A stretch of DNA of 64,000 nt from the human T2T-CHM13v2.0 reference genome, Homo sapiens: the NCBI RefSeq assembly GCF_009914755.1, contig NC_060935.1, one strand, 5' to 3'. Made by a program: the position numbers and the translations under genes. A model generated the notes under the pieces. That model ran no database searches and was not told where the DNA came from. It was given only the letters and a program-made list of their open reading frames with translations. Shown piece after piece: positions 26,090 through 42,339 of the stretch (position 1 is its first letter; each line of letters begins with the position of its first letter).

Positions 26090-26920
26090 TTTGCCAGTTT
26101 ATTTAGTCTCCATATGGAAGAGTGACCTTTGAAAACATAAATTACATCAAACCATGGCCCTGCTTGAAACCCATCAGAGACTTCCTCCCTGTGGCCTGCA
26201 GTGCCCAGCCTCATCTGTCCCCTTCCCACCTGGTCAGCTTCTTACCCCATCCCCTCCCTGTTTACTAAGCTCAAACTGCCTTGGCCTTTGGATCCTTGAA
26301 CCAGCAGAGCTATTTTGTGCTTCAGAGTTCATGCAAAGGTTTTTCTCAGTCTTGGCTTTTTCCTACCCATCCCTGATACACAGCTTTAAGATACAGATTT
26401 TTGCAGGCTTTCCTCTCCAAATACATCTGCAAATCTGATCACTCTTCACCAGCTTCACTGCTATCTGCTGGTCCTTGCCCCCATTAATGCAACGGTCTCT
26501 CTGCTTCTAACCTTGTGCTCAACACAGAAGCCAGAGGGACCCATTGAAAATGCAAGTCAGATCTGTCATATCTCTGCTCAAAACCCTCCAATGCATCTCA
26601 TCTAAGAATAAAAGCCGAAGTCCTCACAAAAGCCCATAGGTCCTCCATGACCTTGCCCTGCCTCCCTCACCACCCTATTATATCTCAGACTTCATCTCCT
26701 GTTGGTCTTCTCCCTCTCTCTGCTCCAGACACACTGATCTCCTTGTGGCTCTTTGAACTTGGCAGGTGTACTCTCATCTTAGGGCCTTTGCCTGGCTCTT
26801 CCTTCTGTCTGGAATGCTCACTTTCCAGATATTTACATGGTTCACTCCTCACATTCCTCAAGTCTATGCTCCAACCTTACCATATTAATGAAGCCCTCTC
26901 TGAACACCCTATTTGAAATA
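26090..26920 (+). mobile_element. L2 fragments
   Basis: ctcaacacagaagccagagg...tctgctcaaaaccctccaatg...agggcctttgc. Confidence 0.7.
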
Positions 26921-28014
26921 AATCCTCCCAACTCCAATAATCCTTAAGGTAGAGGCTTGGAAAGAGCTCGACCCATTCAGGGTCTATTAGGATCTATTAC
27001 CTAAAAGATACTCAGGGGCATGTAAAAAATGAGACAACAAGGCCTCTGCCTTTCCAGAGATTACAGTACTGAGATTCTGAGAAATGAGGAGTCCTCACTT
27101 GATGACTGAGTTTATTATCTCAGAAACAGTCTCTGGGATTCTCTGAGCTTTGCTTTGTGCTGGGCACCACTGTCACATGGTCCCCTTACCCACACATACA
27201 TCCCCGCAAAGTATGCTCCTCAGACATCTTACTGATGAAGAAAACCTTCAATGACTGTTGTTTCTAAAGTAATTTTTTTTTTTTACTATTTATTATTCAC
27301 ATAGGTGAACTTGGGTCTGTAGGGCAAGCCCTTCACGGACGGATTGATTATTTCCTCCCAGGCACACAATTTTCTCTGATTTGCGTCCAGCCTCCAAGTG
27401 ATGCTGATGCCTAGAAATAGGGTTTGCAGTGGGAAGAAAGTGATGGATTAAAAATCACAAGGCCAAGGCGAAGGTGGTCGTTCCAGCTCTTCCCTTAATT
27501 GACTGTGACCTTGGGCAGTTACTTAACCTTTGTCCCTGATTTTATTATCTATAAAGTAGAGAAAATTAATATATCTACCTTTCCCAAAGGGATATTGTTG
27601 GGGAGAAATTAGTGGATTTTTAAGGATTTAAACATATATTACATATATAAATATCAGTTATCATTAGTATTGTATCACTACCATGACAGCAACTGCTAAA
27701 TTAACTGATATGCTTTGTCCTCCTTCCTCCTCCTCCCTCTTCCTCTTCTTCTCTCCTCTTCCTCCTGCTATTGTTTTTGGTATTCTTACTGGTTAGGTGT
27801 CCTTGTAGGTATTAATATTTTTTTCACAAGTAGAACTGAAGAGTGGAGAAATAAATATCAGGTCATGCCCATATCCCTAATGACCAACTTTTTTTTCCAC
27901 TTGAGAAAGGTTTTTTGGCGGGTCACTTTCAGTTTGTCTCCCAAACTTGTCATATTGTACACAAATCACCTTGTATGGGATGGCTATAGGTGAACACTAC
28001 ATGTTAACTAACCC

Positions 28015-28236
28015 ATCCATTCTCAATAGGGGGTCGACTTTTCCCTCTACGGGACATTTGGCAATGTCTGGAGATGTTTTTGGTTGTCACAAATTGGGCA
28101 AGTTGGGGGAAATGCAGAGGATGGTATTGGTATTTAGTGGTAGAAGCTAGGGCTGCTGCTAGTCAATGTGCAAGACAGCCCCTCAAATAATTATTTAGCT
28201 CAAAATACCAGTAGTGCCAAAGGTGAGAAACCCTGA
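28015..28236. mobile_element. MER20 DNA transposon
   Basis: acatttggcaatgtctggagatgtttttggttgtcac...gagaaaccctg. Confidence 0.8.
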
Positions 28237-28924
28237 ATTTACTAAGTGCCTTTTTAAAAAATTTCTTTTTTATTTGTGACTTTTGTTTTCTTTTAAGTTT
28301 TTTTGTTAAAAGCAGGTTTGCCTTGTTCTTTTTAATTTTTTATTTTTTTTGGTTGAGGAATAACTTACATATACATAATGAAATACACAGATCTTGTTAC
28401 ATTTTGATTACTTTTAGCAAGTGAAAACTTTTGTGTATCCCAGATTTCTATCACTACATAGACCATCTCTTTCACCCTAGTAAGTTCTCTTATGCCCCTT
28501 TCCAATCTGTTCCCACACCACCCCTGTCTGATTTCTTGTCACCATAGATTGTTATGCTCATTGTTTTTAAATATTAAAAATCTCATAACTGGGCATGGTA
28601 GTTGGTAGGGTTAGTTAGGTTAGAGATAACTAGACTCTAGGAACCAGACAGCTGAACTGCAAGAATGGGGCTTGAGATATGAAGGAAAAGTCACATGCAA
28701 AGAGCAGAGAAGCAGCTAGCTGGTATCAGAGAGATGCTGCAGCAAGCAGCTGACTGAGATGCTGCCAGGAGGGCAGGTGAGAGACAAAGGAGTGCCCGTG
28801 ACAAGGAGTGGATCCCTGGCTGTGGAAATGAAGTCTCAGAAGCTTAGAAAGAGCTATGGGAAGACTTGGGCAGAGCCAGGCTGCATGAATAGGAGCACAA
28901 GTTGAGGACTTGGCAGGGGGAGTA

Positions 28925-29164
28925 TATTAGTCTCCTAGGCCTTCCATAAGAAATGACCACAAACGTGGTGGCTTGAAACTCAGAGTTCTGGAGGCCAGAA
29001 GTCTAAACTCAAGGTGTTAGAGGGCTGTACTCCCTTTGGAAGCTCTAAGAGAAAAATATGTTCTTTGCCTCTTCCAACTTTGATGGCTGCCAGCATTCCC
29101 TGGCTTCCTTGGCTTGTGGCCACATCACTCCCATCTCTGCCTCTGTCTTCAGACTGCCTTCTCA

Positions 29165-29197
<33 letters not shown>

Positions 29198-29690
29198 AGA
29201 CAGAGTCTTGCTCTGTCACCTAGGCAGGAGTGCAGTGTGCAATCTTGGCTCACTGGACCTCCGCCTCCCGGGTTCAAGCAATTCTCGTGCCTCAGCCTCC
29301 CAAGTAGCTGGGATTACAGGCATGCGCCATCATGGCCAGCTAATTTTTGTATTTTTAGTAGAGATGAGGGTTCACCATGTTTGCCAGGCTGGTCTCGGAC
29401 TCCTGACCTCAAGTGATCTGTCCGCCTCGGCCTCCCAAAGTGCTGGGATTACAGGCATGAGCCACCATGCCTGGCCAGCCTTCTCCTCTTCTGTCTGTTT
29501 TCCTTTGTATGTTTCTTGTAAGGACACTTGCCATTGGATTTAGGGCCCACCAAGATAATCTAGGATGATCTCATCTCAAGATCCTTAATTTAATTACATC
29601 TGTAAATGCCTTTAACTAAATAAAGTAACATAGGTTCAACAGATTTGATGTGGGTATCTTTTGGGAGGCCATTTGTGGGCCTAGCATAGG
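28925..29690 (-). mobile_element. MLT1 LTR interrupted by an Alu
   Basis: tattagtctcctagg...ttctggaggccagaagtc...ggatttagggcccacc...aattacatctg. Confidence 0.8.
29167..29476 (-). mobile_element. Alu (AluS-like)
   Basis: Full dimer with a poly(T) tail. Confidence 0.94.
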
Positions 29691-30817
29691 GAGCAAAGTC
29701 AAGAGACAAGTTTCTACAACTGGGTTGTGAGGTTAAAAGGGAGCCCTCTGCAGGGCTGGCTGATGGCCAGTCTACAGTTGGGATTAGCCCCAGGGAATGA
29801 AGGACATTAACATTTATTCAGCATCTGATATAACCAGGCATACTAAGTGCTTCATCATTAGCTTCCTTTAATCCTAACAAAGACCCTGTAAGATAGCTCT
29901 GCTTTTCCCCGTGCCTCAAATGTGTATTTTGGAAATTGTCAAACTACAGAAAAGTTTGAAAAAAAAAGTACAATAAACACCTGCGTATCCTTAACTTGGG
30001 TTCACTAATTGTTACCATTTTTTCACATCTGTTCTCTGCATGTGTATGTGTATATTTGGGAAGGTGGAGACCTAACCATTTGAAAGTAAGTTACAGATAT
30101 CATGACAACTCAACCCTTAACTATATCAGCATCATCACCTGGTATGAAAATGAGAGATGGTCACTCTTATTTGACATATGAGAAAATGGGATCTCAGCAA
30201 TGTTAAGTAGATTCCTCAGAGTCTCAGAACTAAAAGCACAAGGCCAATATTTGAGCATAAGGCTGTCCAACTCCCAAACTCATGCTCTTTCTACACTACC
30301 ATTTTTGTTAATCATGCTTTCAACAGTTTTGGTGGGGCAGGGTGAGATGGGGGTCCCATGAATGGAAAATACATTTTCCACTGAATATATTTGAATAAAG
30401 CATGCAAGGCAGAAAAACAATAGACAGGTAAACAGATAAGTTACTGAGATCATTTCAGGGCTTTATGATGAAGAATGACTGGTGGAAGAATGGGAATGTT
30501 GAGCCTGAAAGATAAAAAAAAACATAGCATATGGCCTCTGCCTTAAAGAAGGCTGCAACGGAGCAGGATTCTTAGAAATGAGGACTGGGACTCTTAGCAG
30601 TGAGGAACCTGTCTTCCATCCTTTCTCAAGAAGCTTCAGGAAGATGTGTTTTACCAAAAGAGGGTATAAACCAAGAAAGAAGACATAGGGTTCTGGAAAT
30701 AAGGGATCCAACCCAGAAGAGAAACAAAGGCAAGTCTAGGGACAGCAGGACCAGGTGGTGCAAAGAGGAGCAGGAAAATGGAACGTTTCTGAGGAAAACA
30801 GAGCTGGCAGTCACCTG

Positions 30818-31698
30818 TGTTAAAAAATGATTCTATGACACTTGGTAAGCACAGTAAGACAGACTTATTCAAGGGAAATAGGTGTAGGAACCATTTTATT
30901 CAAGTGATTTATTCACTTTATTCACGATAGGTGTAGAAACCACCAAGATAGAATTTGCAGTGGGGAAGAAAGATTGCACTCAACTCCGAACACAGCATGG
31001 GCAAGTGGGAACTTCCAGCCAAAAAGCAGGGTGGTGGTCACTGGATGAAAAGTTACTGACAGGAAACATCAGGGGTTGATATAGTTTGAATATATGTCCG
31101 CGCCAAACCTTATGTGAAATTGTAATCCCCAAAATTTGGAGGTGGGGTCTGGTGGGAGGTATTTGGATCGGTGGGCAGATCCCTCATGAATGGCTTAGCA
31201 CCATGACCTTGGTGGTGAGTGAGTTCTTGCAAGATCTAGTTGTTTAAAAGTGTGTGGTGTCTCACACTCAGTCTCTCTTGCTCCTGCTTTTGCAATATGA
31301 CATGCCTCCTCCCACTTAGCCTTTTGCCATGAGTAAAAGCTCCCTTAGGCCTCCCCGGAAGCTGAGCAGATGCCAAAGCATGCTTTCTGCACGGTCTGCA
31401 GAACCAGGAGCCAATTTAACCTGTTTTCTTTGTGAGTTACCCAGTCTCACGTATTTCTTTATAGCAATGCAAGAATGGCCTAACACAGGGGAAAGGACAG
31501 ATTCTGGCTAAACAAACCTAATAAACTTCTTCCAAAAGTTAGGCCAGGGTGATCAGGTATCAAGGGTGGAGGATTCTGGTTAAATTAATTCATCGGGATT
31601 CCGGCTGAAATTGAACAATGCAGAGAGAAATATGTAAGGCCTACTTTGAAGTTCAGGGGAGTTTAAGTAGAGTTTGGCCGAAGAGGGAATCTTTGTCA
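30818..31698 (-). mobile_element. MER31-like ERV1 solo LTR with a nested MST LTR
   Basis: Minus strand TGACAAAGA...TTAACA; 4-bp TSD CCTG at 30814-30817 and 31699-31702. Confidence 0.75.
31077..31487 (+). mobile_element. MST (MaLR) solo LTR
   Basis: tgatatagtttgaat...gggcagatccctcatgaatggctt...gaatggcctaacaca. Confidence 0.85.
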
Positions 31699-31781
31699 CC
31701 TGTTGGATTTGACCGTATGGAAAAGAGAACAGCCCTCCGATATGGAAAAGAGAACAGCACTCCGAGGTGTTTTACAATTTT

Positions 31782-32086
<305 letters not shown>

Positions 32087-32185
32087 ATTTTGATGTAGAG
32101 TTTTAGAACCACTAATGATAGTTACATAGAGAGCGATGTAAACAAAAAAGAAGAAAGTATTCACTTCAGGAAAAATAAAAAGTTA

Positions 32186-32583
<398 letters not shown>

Positions 32584-32795
32584 TCACCTAAAATAGTGAC
32601 ATAATTATTTAGGAGAATGGGTGGGGGTATTGAGCAAGTCTCCTGTTTTCTTTGCTGTTGTTTCCAGTGCTTGAATCAGACCCAGAGAATCCCAAATTGG
32701 CATTCTTTGAAGTTAAAGACTTTTGGCTCCACCCAAGTTAGGATGTCAACTGAGAGGAAAACCATTACTAAGAAAGTTATAGGATTGTATTTTTG

Positions 32796-32798
<3 letters not shown>

Positions 32799-32838
<40 letters not shown>
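32799..32838. repeat. (TG)n microsatellite
   Basis: Direct read. Confidence 0.95.
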
Positions 32839-32842
<4 letters not shown>

Positions 32843-33023
32843 GGAAGCAAAGAGGGGCATACAAATAGTAAGCATTCAGTATTATTTATAGTATATCAAG
32901 TTTTAGATTTATGAATATATAACTGAGCCATCCTAATATAACTTGAGTCCTCTAAACATTTTCTCATTTTCATAGAATTCTCTACAAATTTAGAAATGTT
33001 AGTACTTAGATTAGGTTCATTTA

Positions 33024-33364
<341 letters not shown>

Positions 33365-36085
33365 CTAACTTACCTATCATAGTTTGATTATGCTATATAA
33401 TGAGATAAAAATGCAAAAATGTGATTTCTATTAATCTGGGTAAGTAAATAGAACAAATACAACCATCTACCTCTAGGCCAGCACTATCTCTTAACCTGTG
33501 CGACTGCAACAGCCTTTACCTGGTTTCTCCCCAACCTCTCTGACCCAGATAAAGCCATTGTTTATTCTTCGATTGACAGAGGGATCTTTAAGAAATAAAG
33601 CTCTCTTGTCACTCTTCTGTTTAAAAACCCTGAATGGCTCGTTGAATTTGGATAAAATCCAAATGCCTTAACTTGGCTGGCAAATGTTCACGCTGTGGCC
33701 CCTGGCAATCTCTACAGACCCCGCTTTTCATCTCTTTTCCCCACATCCTTGCTGCACGGGCTATAATTTAAAACCTTTAATTCCTCTCAGCATATTTGTC
33801 AGGCATTGTCTCTCCACCATGGGGCTGTTATATACGTTATTCTCTCTGCCTGGGATGCTCTACCGCCTCTCCCTCTCCCTACAACTTAAGATCGTAGCAT
33901 TAGATGCTTCAGTGCCATTTCCTCTAGGAAACCTTCCCTAACCACAACCAACAGAAAACTCGGGTCCTATGGCACTTGACATTTCTCCTTGCTAACACCC
34001 ACCACATTCAGACTCACAAGTTCATTGAGTGCATTCCTCCCGGGTTGTAGCTCCGCGATGGCAGGGAACAAGTTGAAGGTCTAAATTGATAATCACTTTA
34101 TTTCAGGAGTCCAACACTATGTCTGAAACATCACCATAGAACAAGATGGATGGATGTTTTCATCACATCTATGGATATTAGACCTGTGAGTACAGTACCT
34201 AAGTTCTCATTTCCATCCTCATAGAAAATAATTATTTTTTATGATGTCTAAATTTTTTTCCATTGCAAGTATTTACTCATTCATTTGTAACTGAGTGGAG
34301 GTTTGTTTGAATGCAATCACAAGAATGGCTCATAGTCACAGGTTGGGTCTCCAAGACAGCAAGGGCCACAGAGTACAGAGTTTTAGATCTTGTGTATAAG
34401 ACCAGGCACCACAGAGCTCTCCAGTGTCACCTTCCCTCATATTTGCCCTTGCTTTCTAAGGTCTTGCTATCCTGGGCTGTCCCCCATTTTCCACAATGCT
34501 CTTAACCTCAGCCTGGGATGCTGCAGATGGGATTTATAGTTCACAGTTAGAAGATCTGGTCAATGATGTGTTGATTGATTGCTAGACAGCTGCTACCAGC
34601 TTAGTCTGAAAACATCAGGAAATTTTTTATGCCGGTGACAAAGGGAGCATAATTATTATGTTCTCAGGGTATTTTTAATTATAAGCAACAATTTAATCAT
34701 TGCCTCAGATCTGCCTATGAGCTTACTTTAAAAAAAAAAGACAACTTTTCACAATAGTTTACTGGCACCCTATGGCAACCAAGTGTAACCTACTTTGGCA
34801 CCTAAACATGGTTAGAAATAAAGACTTCTGCCCAGAAAGGGTAGATGACCACATGGAATGTATTAATTCCTAGACAGAAGCACATCAATGTGTGATCTTA
34901 AAGTGATTCTTTTCACAATGAAAGAGTTACTGAAATGAAAACTACAGGGAGGATATTTTCCCCCAAAGATTAACTCTTTTCCTAACTGCCTTTTTATTTC
35001 CAACCTAGTCTCATCTCAGTGGCTATTCTGAGGGTTTCTCATGTAAGAATCATTTTACTGAGTTTTATCCCAGATGAGAAGTCTATAACTGAGATTGTAA
35101 TCCTTCTAAGTGAATGGAAATTTCAAGTGTAGCTCATCAGTAATAGCTGTTTAAGATGAAAACTGTCATGGTCTTGTTGCCAGAATAATGACTGAGCTAC
35201 TATGAAAGAAACTCAGAGCAGTTTGCTGAGATGAATTGGAAAAGTGGGTGTCCTTTCTTTTTAACTTTGAAATGTTTTACCTGGCTTTGGTGAGCAATTC
35301 TAATTCCTGTCATTTAAGTTGGCATTTTGTTGTTGTGGTTGTTGTTGTTATGAATAAACACATGAGAAAAAGATTTATGTAGAGGATCATGGTTTAACTA
35401 TTCTATTACTGGACACCATAATAAAACAGATCTGAAAACTGTGAATGACAGTGACAATCGGAATACCTTTTACATAGTGCCTGTCTCCAAGGAATCATTT
35501 TTCCCTCATGTCAGAGGATCCAGTAATCTGTCTTTGGCTAAAGAGAGAGAATTTTTTTTTTTTTTTTAATGTCCAAGCTTCCAGTAGCCTAAACAATTGC
35601 CAGCAGAGAAACCAAGGCTGTTTTCTTTCAAAAGCCTATACAGAACTATTTTGGAAACAGTTCAGCCACTGGGTAAGCGAGTCAAAGGGCTGCTAGGAAG
35701 TGTGTGCTGTAGCACACATTTCACTGTCTGCAAACATTCTTTTCTGATGGTGCATCTGAGTGCTGAGATTCTCTCTCCCTGGGGCCTTCCTGTTCCATCT
35801 GCTCCAGCTTACTGGTTCCCCTGCAAAAACAGCAAAGGATGCCATCCCTGCACTGGGTATGTAACTGAACTGATTATATTAGATTTGGTGCTATTAATTT
35901 TTAATAACTTCAGCAAGAAGTAATTGGGCAGAATTTCTCCTATTTAACAGAAGGGCAGGTTGAGGCTTTGAAAAAGGTCCTGCTTTCTTATTTCTTTCAC
36001 TAATGTGCCATCCTGATTCCAAGGGAGGCCCTTTGGTCTTAGGGCTGTGCTTGGGCATTTGCCTTTTGGGGGCTAAGAGGGAATT

Positions 36086-36375
<290 letters not shown>

Positions 36376-37211
36376 GTAATTAACAGAGGAGTTTGCATTA
36401 TTCACTGTCAGTCTGGGAGTAATTAGCTGAGGCTCTACACTTAATATTACACAGAGATTAATCAAAGAGGGAGAACATGCAGCCCTTCAAGAGCCTGTTA
36501 CTTGAGTGGAGAAACACATGGTTCAACCAAACCTGTATAATGGTCTTTTGGAGATGACAGGAAGGTAGCTCTCTGCCTAACACAATCCAGGCAATTGTCT
36601 TGGGTTGAAGGCCCTCGATGGGTGTGCAGAAGACCTACGTTCAAGCCCTGAGTCTGCAGCTTCTGTCTTATGACTGGGCAAAGATCTGCTTTTGTGCCTG
36701 TCTACCCCTCTGGCTGCTCTCAAAGCAAGCCCCTCCTCACTCTCTATACTCCAGCTATACCCTTCTCCCTCCACCACAGGACCTTTGCATGGACTGGTCC
36801 CTTTGCCTGGCATGCTCTCCTGCCTGTCCTCACTCCTACTCTTTCTTCAGGCGTCATTTAAGGTATCATTTCCATAGAGAATCCTTCCCTGACTCCATCT
36901 ATATGGGGGTCTTCCCATCATGATGTTGATCACAAAGGTCATCAATGTATTTTATGATTAAAGTATTTGTTTTTTATTTTTCTCTCACTAGATCAAGTAG
37001 AGATTATGTCTGTTTTGCTTATTATTGTTCCCCTTGGAACATATTGCCTGGCAGAAAGTAGAGGTTCAATACATATTTATTGAGTGAATGAATAAAGCTA
37101 TCACATACATGCCCTGAGCTTCAGTTTCCTATAAAACAGGGATCATAAAGCCTACCTCTTATGGTTGTTTTATGGGAGAAATGAGTTCCTGTGCTTAAAA
37201 GTGTCTTGGAC

Positions 37212-37540
<329 letters not shown>

Positions 37541-37689
37541 TTAATAGGTATAAATATTGCTTATCTGAATAAATACAGAGCTTAATAGTACTCTTTAAAT
37601 CTGTGAGCCAGCACTTAAGTGAAAGGCCCAAGTGTTAGCAGCATCATTTGTATGATGCTTTAAACTTAATAAAGCTGTTCGCTACACGT

Positions 37690-38500
<811 letters not shown>

Positions 38501-40990
38501 GGTAATCCCAGCCCCTGCTGGCCCATGCAGTAATCAAGGTGGGCATTACCATTTATTCTCATTTTTCAGATGAGGGAGCTGAAACTCACAGGAGTTAAGT
38601 GACCTCCTCAAGGTCACATAGCCGGTGGGTGGTAAAGTCCAAGCATCTGGATTTCTAGGATTTGTCTTCCCTATATCCCCCACAAAGTCCTGAATCTCAT
38701 ACATGAGCCTCAGCAGCAAAGGATGTTACTAACCTCCGAGAGAATCCTGTCTCCTGTTTAATTGGACTTGGGAAGCTTGGAGCTCCCCTCTCTTCAAGCT
38801 TGGGCTCTTTCAGATGTTCCAGCATCCTGGCCTCACACTTCAGAAACAGGAAGAAGAAAATTGCAGCAGATTATAGCCTTAGATAGCACTTGAATTTTTT
38901 AAGATGCTAGCCATCCCTCATGCCATGAAAGCGCTACATTAAGGCTTGGCAGATGTCATTTACACACATACCAGAGAGGCCAAGAGAGGTTCAGAGAGAT
39001 AAAGAAATCAGTTAGAGGTGGTTGCATGCCTCTTAACCCCAGACATGCGTAGAATTTTTCAAAAGGTTTCTCATCCCTCTCCCTGCACACCCACTCTCAA
39101 ACTTGTTTCACCATTTTCCATCACAAGGAACTAATTAGAAAATCAACTCCCATGGGACAACAGCTCTGATTACCCCTGACTAGAGAAATCGTATTGCCAT
39201 TTTATAGGCCTGACACTTTATGAGTTGTTGAGATAGTACAGAAATTGAGCACAGCACATGCTCCATAGTAAACCCTCAGCAGGGCAGGCATATCTCACAG
39301 GCTCCTTGTGATTACAATGTAAAATCCAAACTCCTCAGCAATGGGCATACACAAAGCTCAGTGTGATTAGGTCCCCTTCTTTCTGCTCAGCAGTGTCTTC
39401 TACCACATGCTCCTTGCACATTAAACTCTAGCAACAATGAATGTGCCCTCATCCACCCCTCTAGTCTGCTCATGGCCTTCACACAATCCTGGGATGCCTG
39501 TATTCTGCTGGTCTGCTTGACAAACATCTTTTCTTTCAAATCTCAAGAGCTATCTTTTCTGAGAAGCCTTCCTTGACTCTCCCAAGCTAACTCAGAGAGT
39601 CAAGTCCTGCACTGAAGGAATTTTATTTTCTATTCTAACTGGATGCACTAAAATCAAAGACAGAGACCTCCCCCGACCCCAACAGTTTCACTCACCAGTC
39701 CTAAGTGCTGTGCCTAATTCAAAGAAGACACTTAAAAGATTTACTGAATGAATAAATTCTCTCATTTAATCCTTATGGCTGCCCCATAAAGTGGGTACTT
39801 TTATAATCCCGTTTTACAGGTAGTGAAACTGAGCTCAGAAAAGTTAAGGGACTTAGACTACCACGGCTAAGTGGGGGAGCCTGATATCAAATCCAGGAAT
39901 GTTTACTACCAAAGCTCTTGCTCTTTCTGCCATGCCATACTGTGACTGCCTCTCCATTCAGTGATGATTGGATTAACATCGGGGGATGCAACAAGAAAGT
40001 CCTCCGTAGACCAAGGCCACCCCAGAACTCTGTGCACTGCTTTGAAGAAGTCCCCCACCTGCTCTGTGAGTCAGCACAGCTCAGAGTGCACCTTTCAAAT
40101 AGGCTGGTGTGATTAAGGAGGTTCAATGACTTTTGTCCCTTGTGTGATTATTGTTGTTTGAAAGTAAAGACAGTTTCCTGCGTCTGTTAATTTCATGCCT
40201 GAAACTCTCTAGACTAGTTTTAGGACTTGGGCTGCACCTGTTTCTCATCAAAGTTTTAATGTCCCTATTAACCCCATCTCCCTTTTCAGATTAGCCTGTG
40301 TTTGAAGCTTTGATTAATTTTATTCTGCACTGATGGGGGATTCTAAACTCTGTGCTTCTTCAAAACAAGCCCTGCTGGGCCTGTCGGCTATATGGCTCCA
40401 GTGGTAATGATCTTCTGCCACATAGCTATAGAAAGTCGAGCGGCAGAAGGAAATTAACCTACTATTTCCACAAAGGGATATGCTCAGAATTGCCAACAAT
40501 ATTTATGTGGGCATTGTGCTCCCAGATACACTTGGATGGCAGTGAATTGTCAGTTACTATGACAAAATGACGGACGAAATCAATCTGCCAAGTATGAATA
40601 GCTCTCAATGGGCTTCAAGGTTCTCAGGTTAAGGGACCCACAAAGCTGACAGGGGTTGGGCCTCATATCGATATGACCTCCATTGGAGAGCATATAAATT
40701 AGCTGAGATGTAGGCAAAGAGGTCTGTTCCCCAACATCTCCCCGTCCCTAAGTGGAGCGTTTTCCGATATTCATATGGAAATGAAAGACCATTTCAGAAG
40801 GCCTGGAAGTCCAGCTATGTTAATAACATTCAAATCAGGCCTCTGTTCCAGAGAGGTTGCATGAATTTCACCTTTTCATACAACATTTCCTCCTCCTCAT
40901 TAGTTCTCTCCCCAGATAAATTATATTAGATTGCACAAAAAATAATACAAGTAGACAAATCAAGTATGCACCCCACTCTATCTTTCTAGT

Positions 40991-41024
40991 TAGATAGATA
41001 TAGATAGATAGATAGATAGATAGA
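40991..41024. repeat. (TAGA)n microsatellite
   Basis: Direct read. Confidence 0.9.
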
Positions 41025-41344
41025 TTCCCTCCTTAGAGGAAGTGATTTCAGATTCCTCTCCATTGGGTTCTAGACCTTCCCTGGAGCCACTCCATTTCAG
41101 AGTGATTTTTAAATAAAAGGTTTTTGTGGGTGAACACTGGTTCAAAATAAGTTCCTATTAGTAATAAAAAGAAAGATAAAGACATTCATTCAGGACATCC
41201 AAATAACTCATAAAGACTTGGATTCTGGAGCAAGTCATCTAAGAGGAAACAAATGTTGAAAGCCCTAAGATGCTTAATTTTATTTCGATTATCATTGCTT
41301 ATCTGTGCTGTAATTTTAAGGTGACTCATGTAAATGCTTTACAT

Positions 41345-41567
41345 CAAGCTTGTCCAACCTGAGGCACACAGGCTGCCTGCGGCCTAGGACTGCTTTGAAT
41401 GTGGCCCAACACAAATTCATAAACTTTCATAAAGCATTATGAGATTTTTTTGGCAATTTTTTTTTTTTAGCTCATCAGCTATCATTAGTGTTAGTGTATT
41501 TTATGTGTGGCCAAGACAATTTTTCTTCCAACGTGGCCTAGGGGATCCAAAAGATTGGACACCCCTG
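41345..41567. mobile_element. MER30 (hAT-Charlie MITE)
   Basis: tgtccaacc...tttgaatgtggcccaacacaaattc...aaaagattggacacccctg. Confidence 0.85.
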
Positions 41568-41762
41568 GTTTATTATGTAAGCAAACCATAAAATTAAGTT
41601 TGGAAAAATTTAATATTCTTTATAAAGAATCATTAAAGAAATTATTATGAGAAAAAATATTTCAACTCTCTTTACAAAAAATCCAAAATTTCTTTTTTTG
41701 GTTCTATTTCTTACTATAAGCTCTCTTTGAATTATGTCTGATATATTTAAAATAAACTATGA

Positions 41763-42067
41763 GGCCAGGCGCTGTGGCTCATGCCTGTAATCCCTGCACT
41801 TTGGGAGGCTGAGCTGGGAGGATCACTTGAGGTCAGGAGTTTGAGACCAGCCTGCCAACATGGTGAAACCCCATCTCTACTAAAAATATAAAAATTAGCC
41901 AGGCATGGTGGCACATGCCTGTAGTCCCAGCTACTTTGGGAGGCTGAGGCAGGAGAATCACTTGAACCTGGGAGGCGGAGGCTATGGTGAGCTGAGATCG
42001 CACTGCTGCACTCCAGCCCATGCGACAGAGCAAGACCCTGTCTCAAAAAAAAAAAAAAAAAAAAAAA
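41763..42067 (+). mobile_element. Alu
   Basis: Dimer with poly(A). Confidence 0.94.
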
Positions 42068-42339
42068 CCCTGGTCATCTCCCAAGAATAACCACATAGTA
42101 GCTAAAGAAACTGGGCTGAACCTCACCCAATTCCAGTAACTCTGTCACAGCAAATGACACTGAGAATTCAGAGATGTCAAGTTGATCATCTTTGTAGTTG
42201 TTAAAATCCATGAACTCTCCTTTGAAAAGTTATTATGGAGGATAAAAGAAAAAACTCTAAAGAATTGCAAACAGTGTATAATTCAGTATTGAATATTGTA
42301 TTAGGACTTAGAAGCAGGAGATTTGACTTAGGCAGATTA

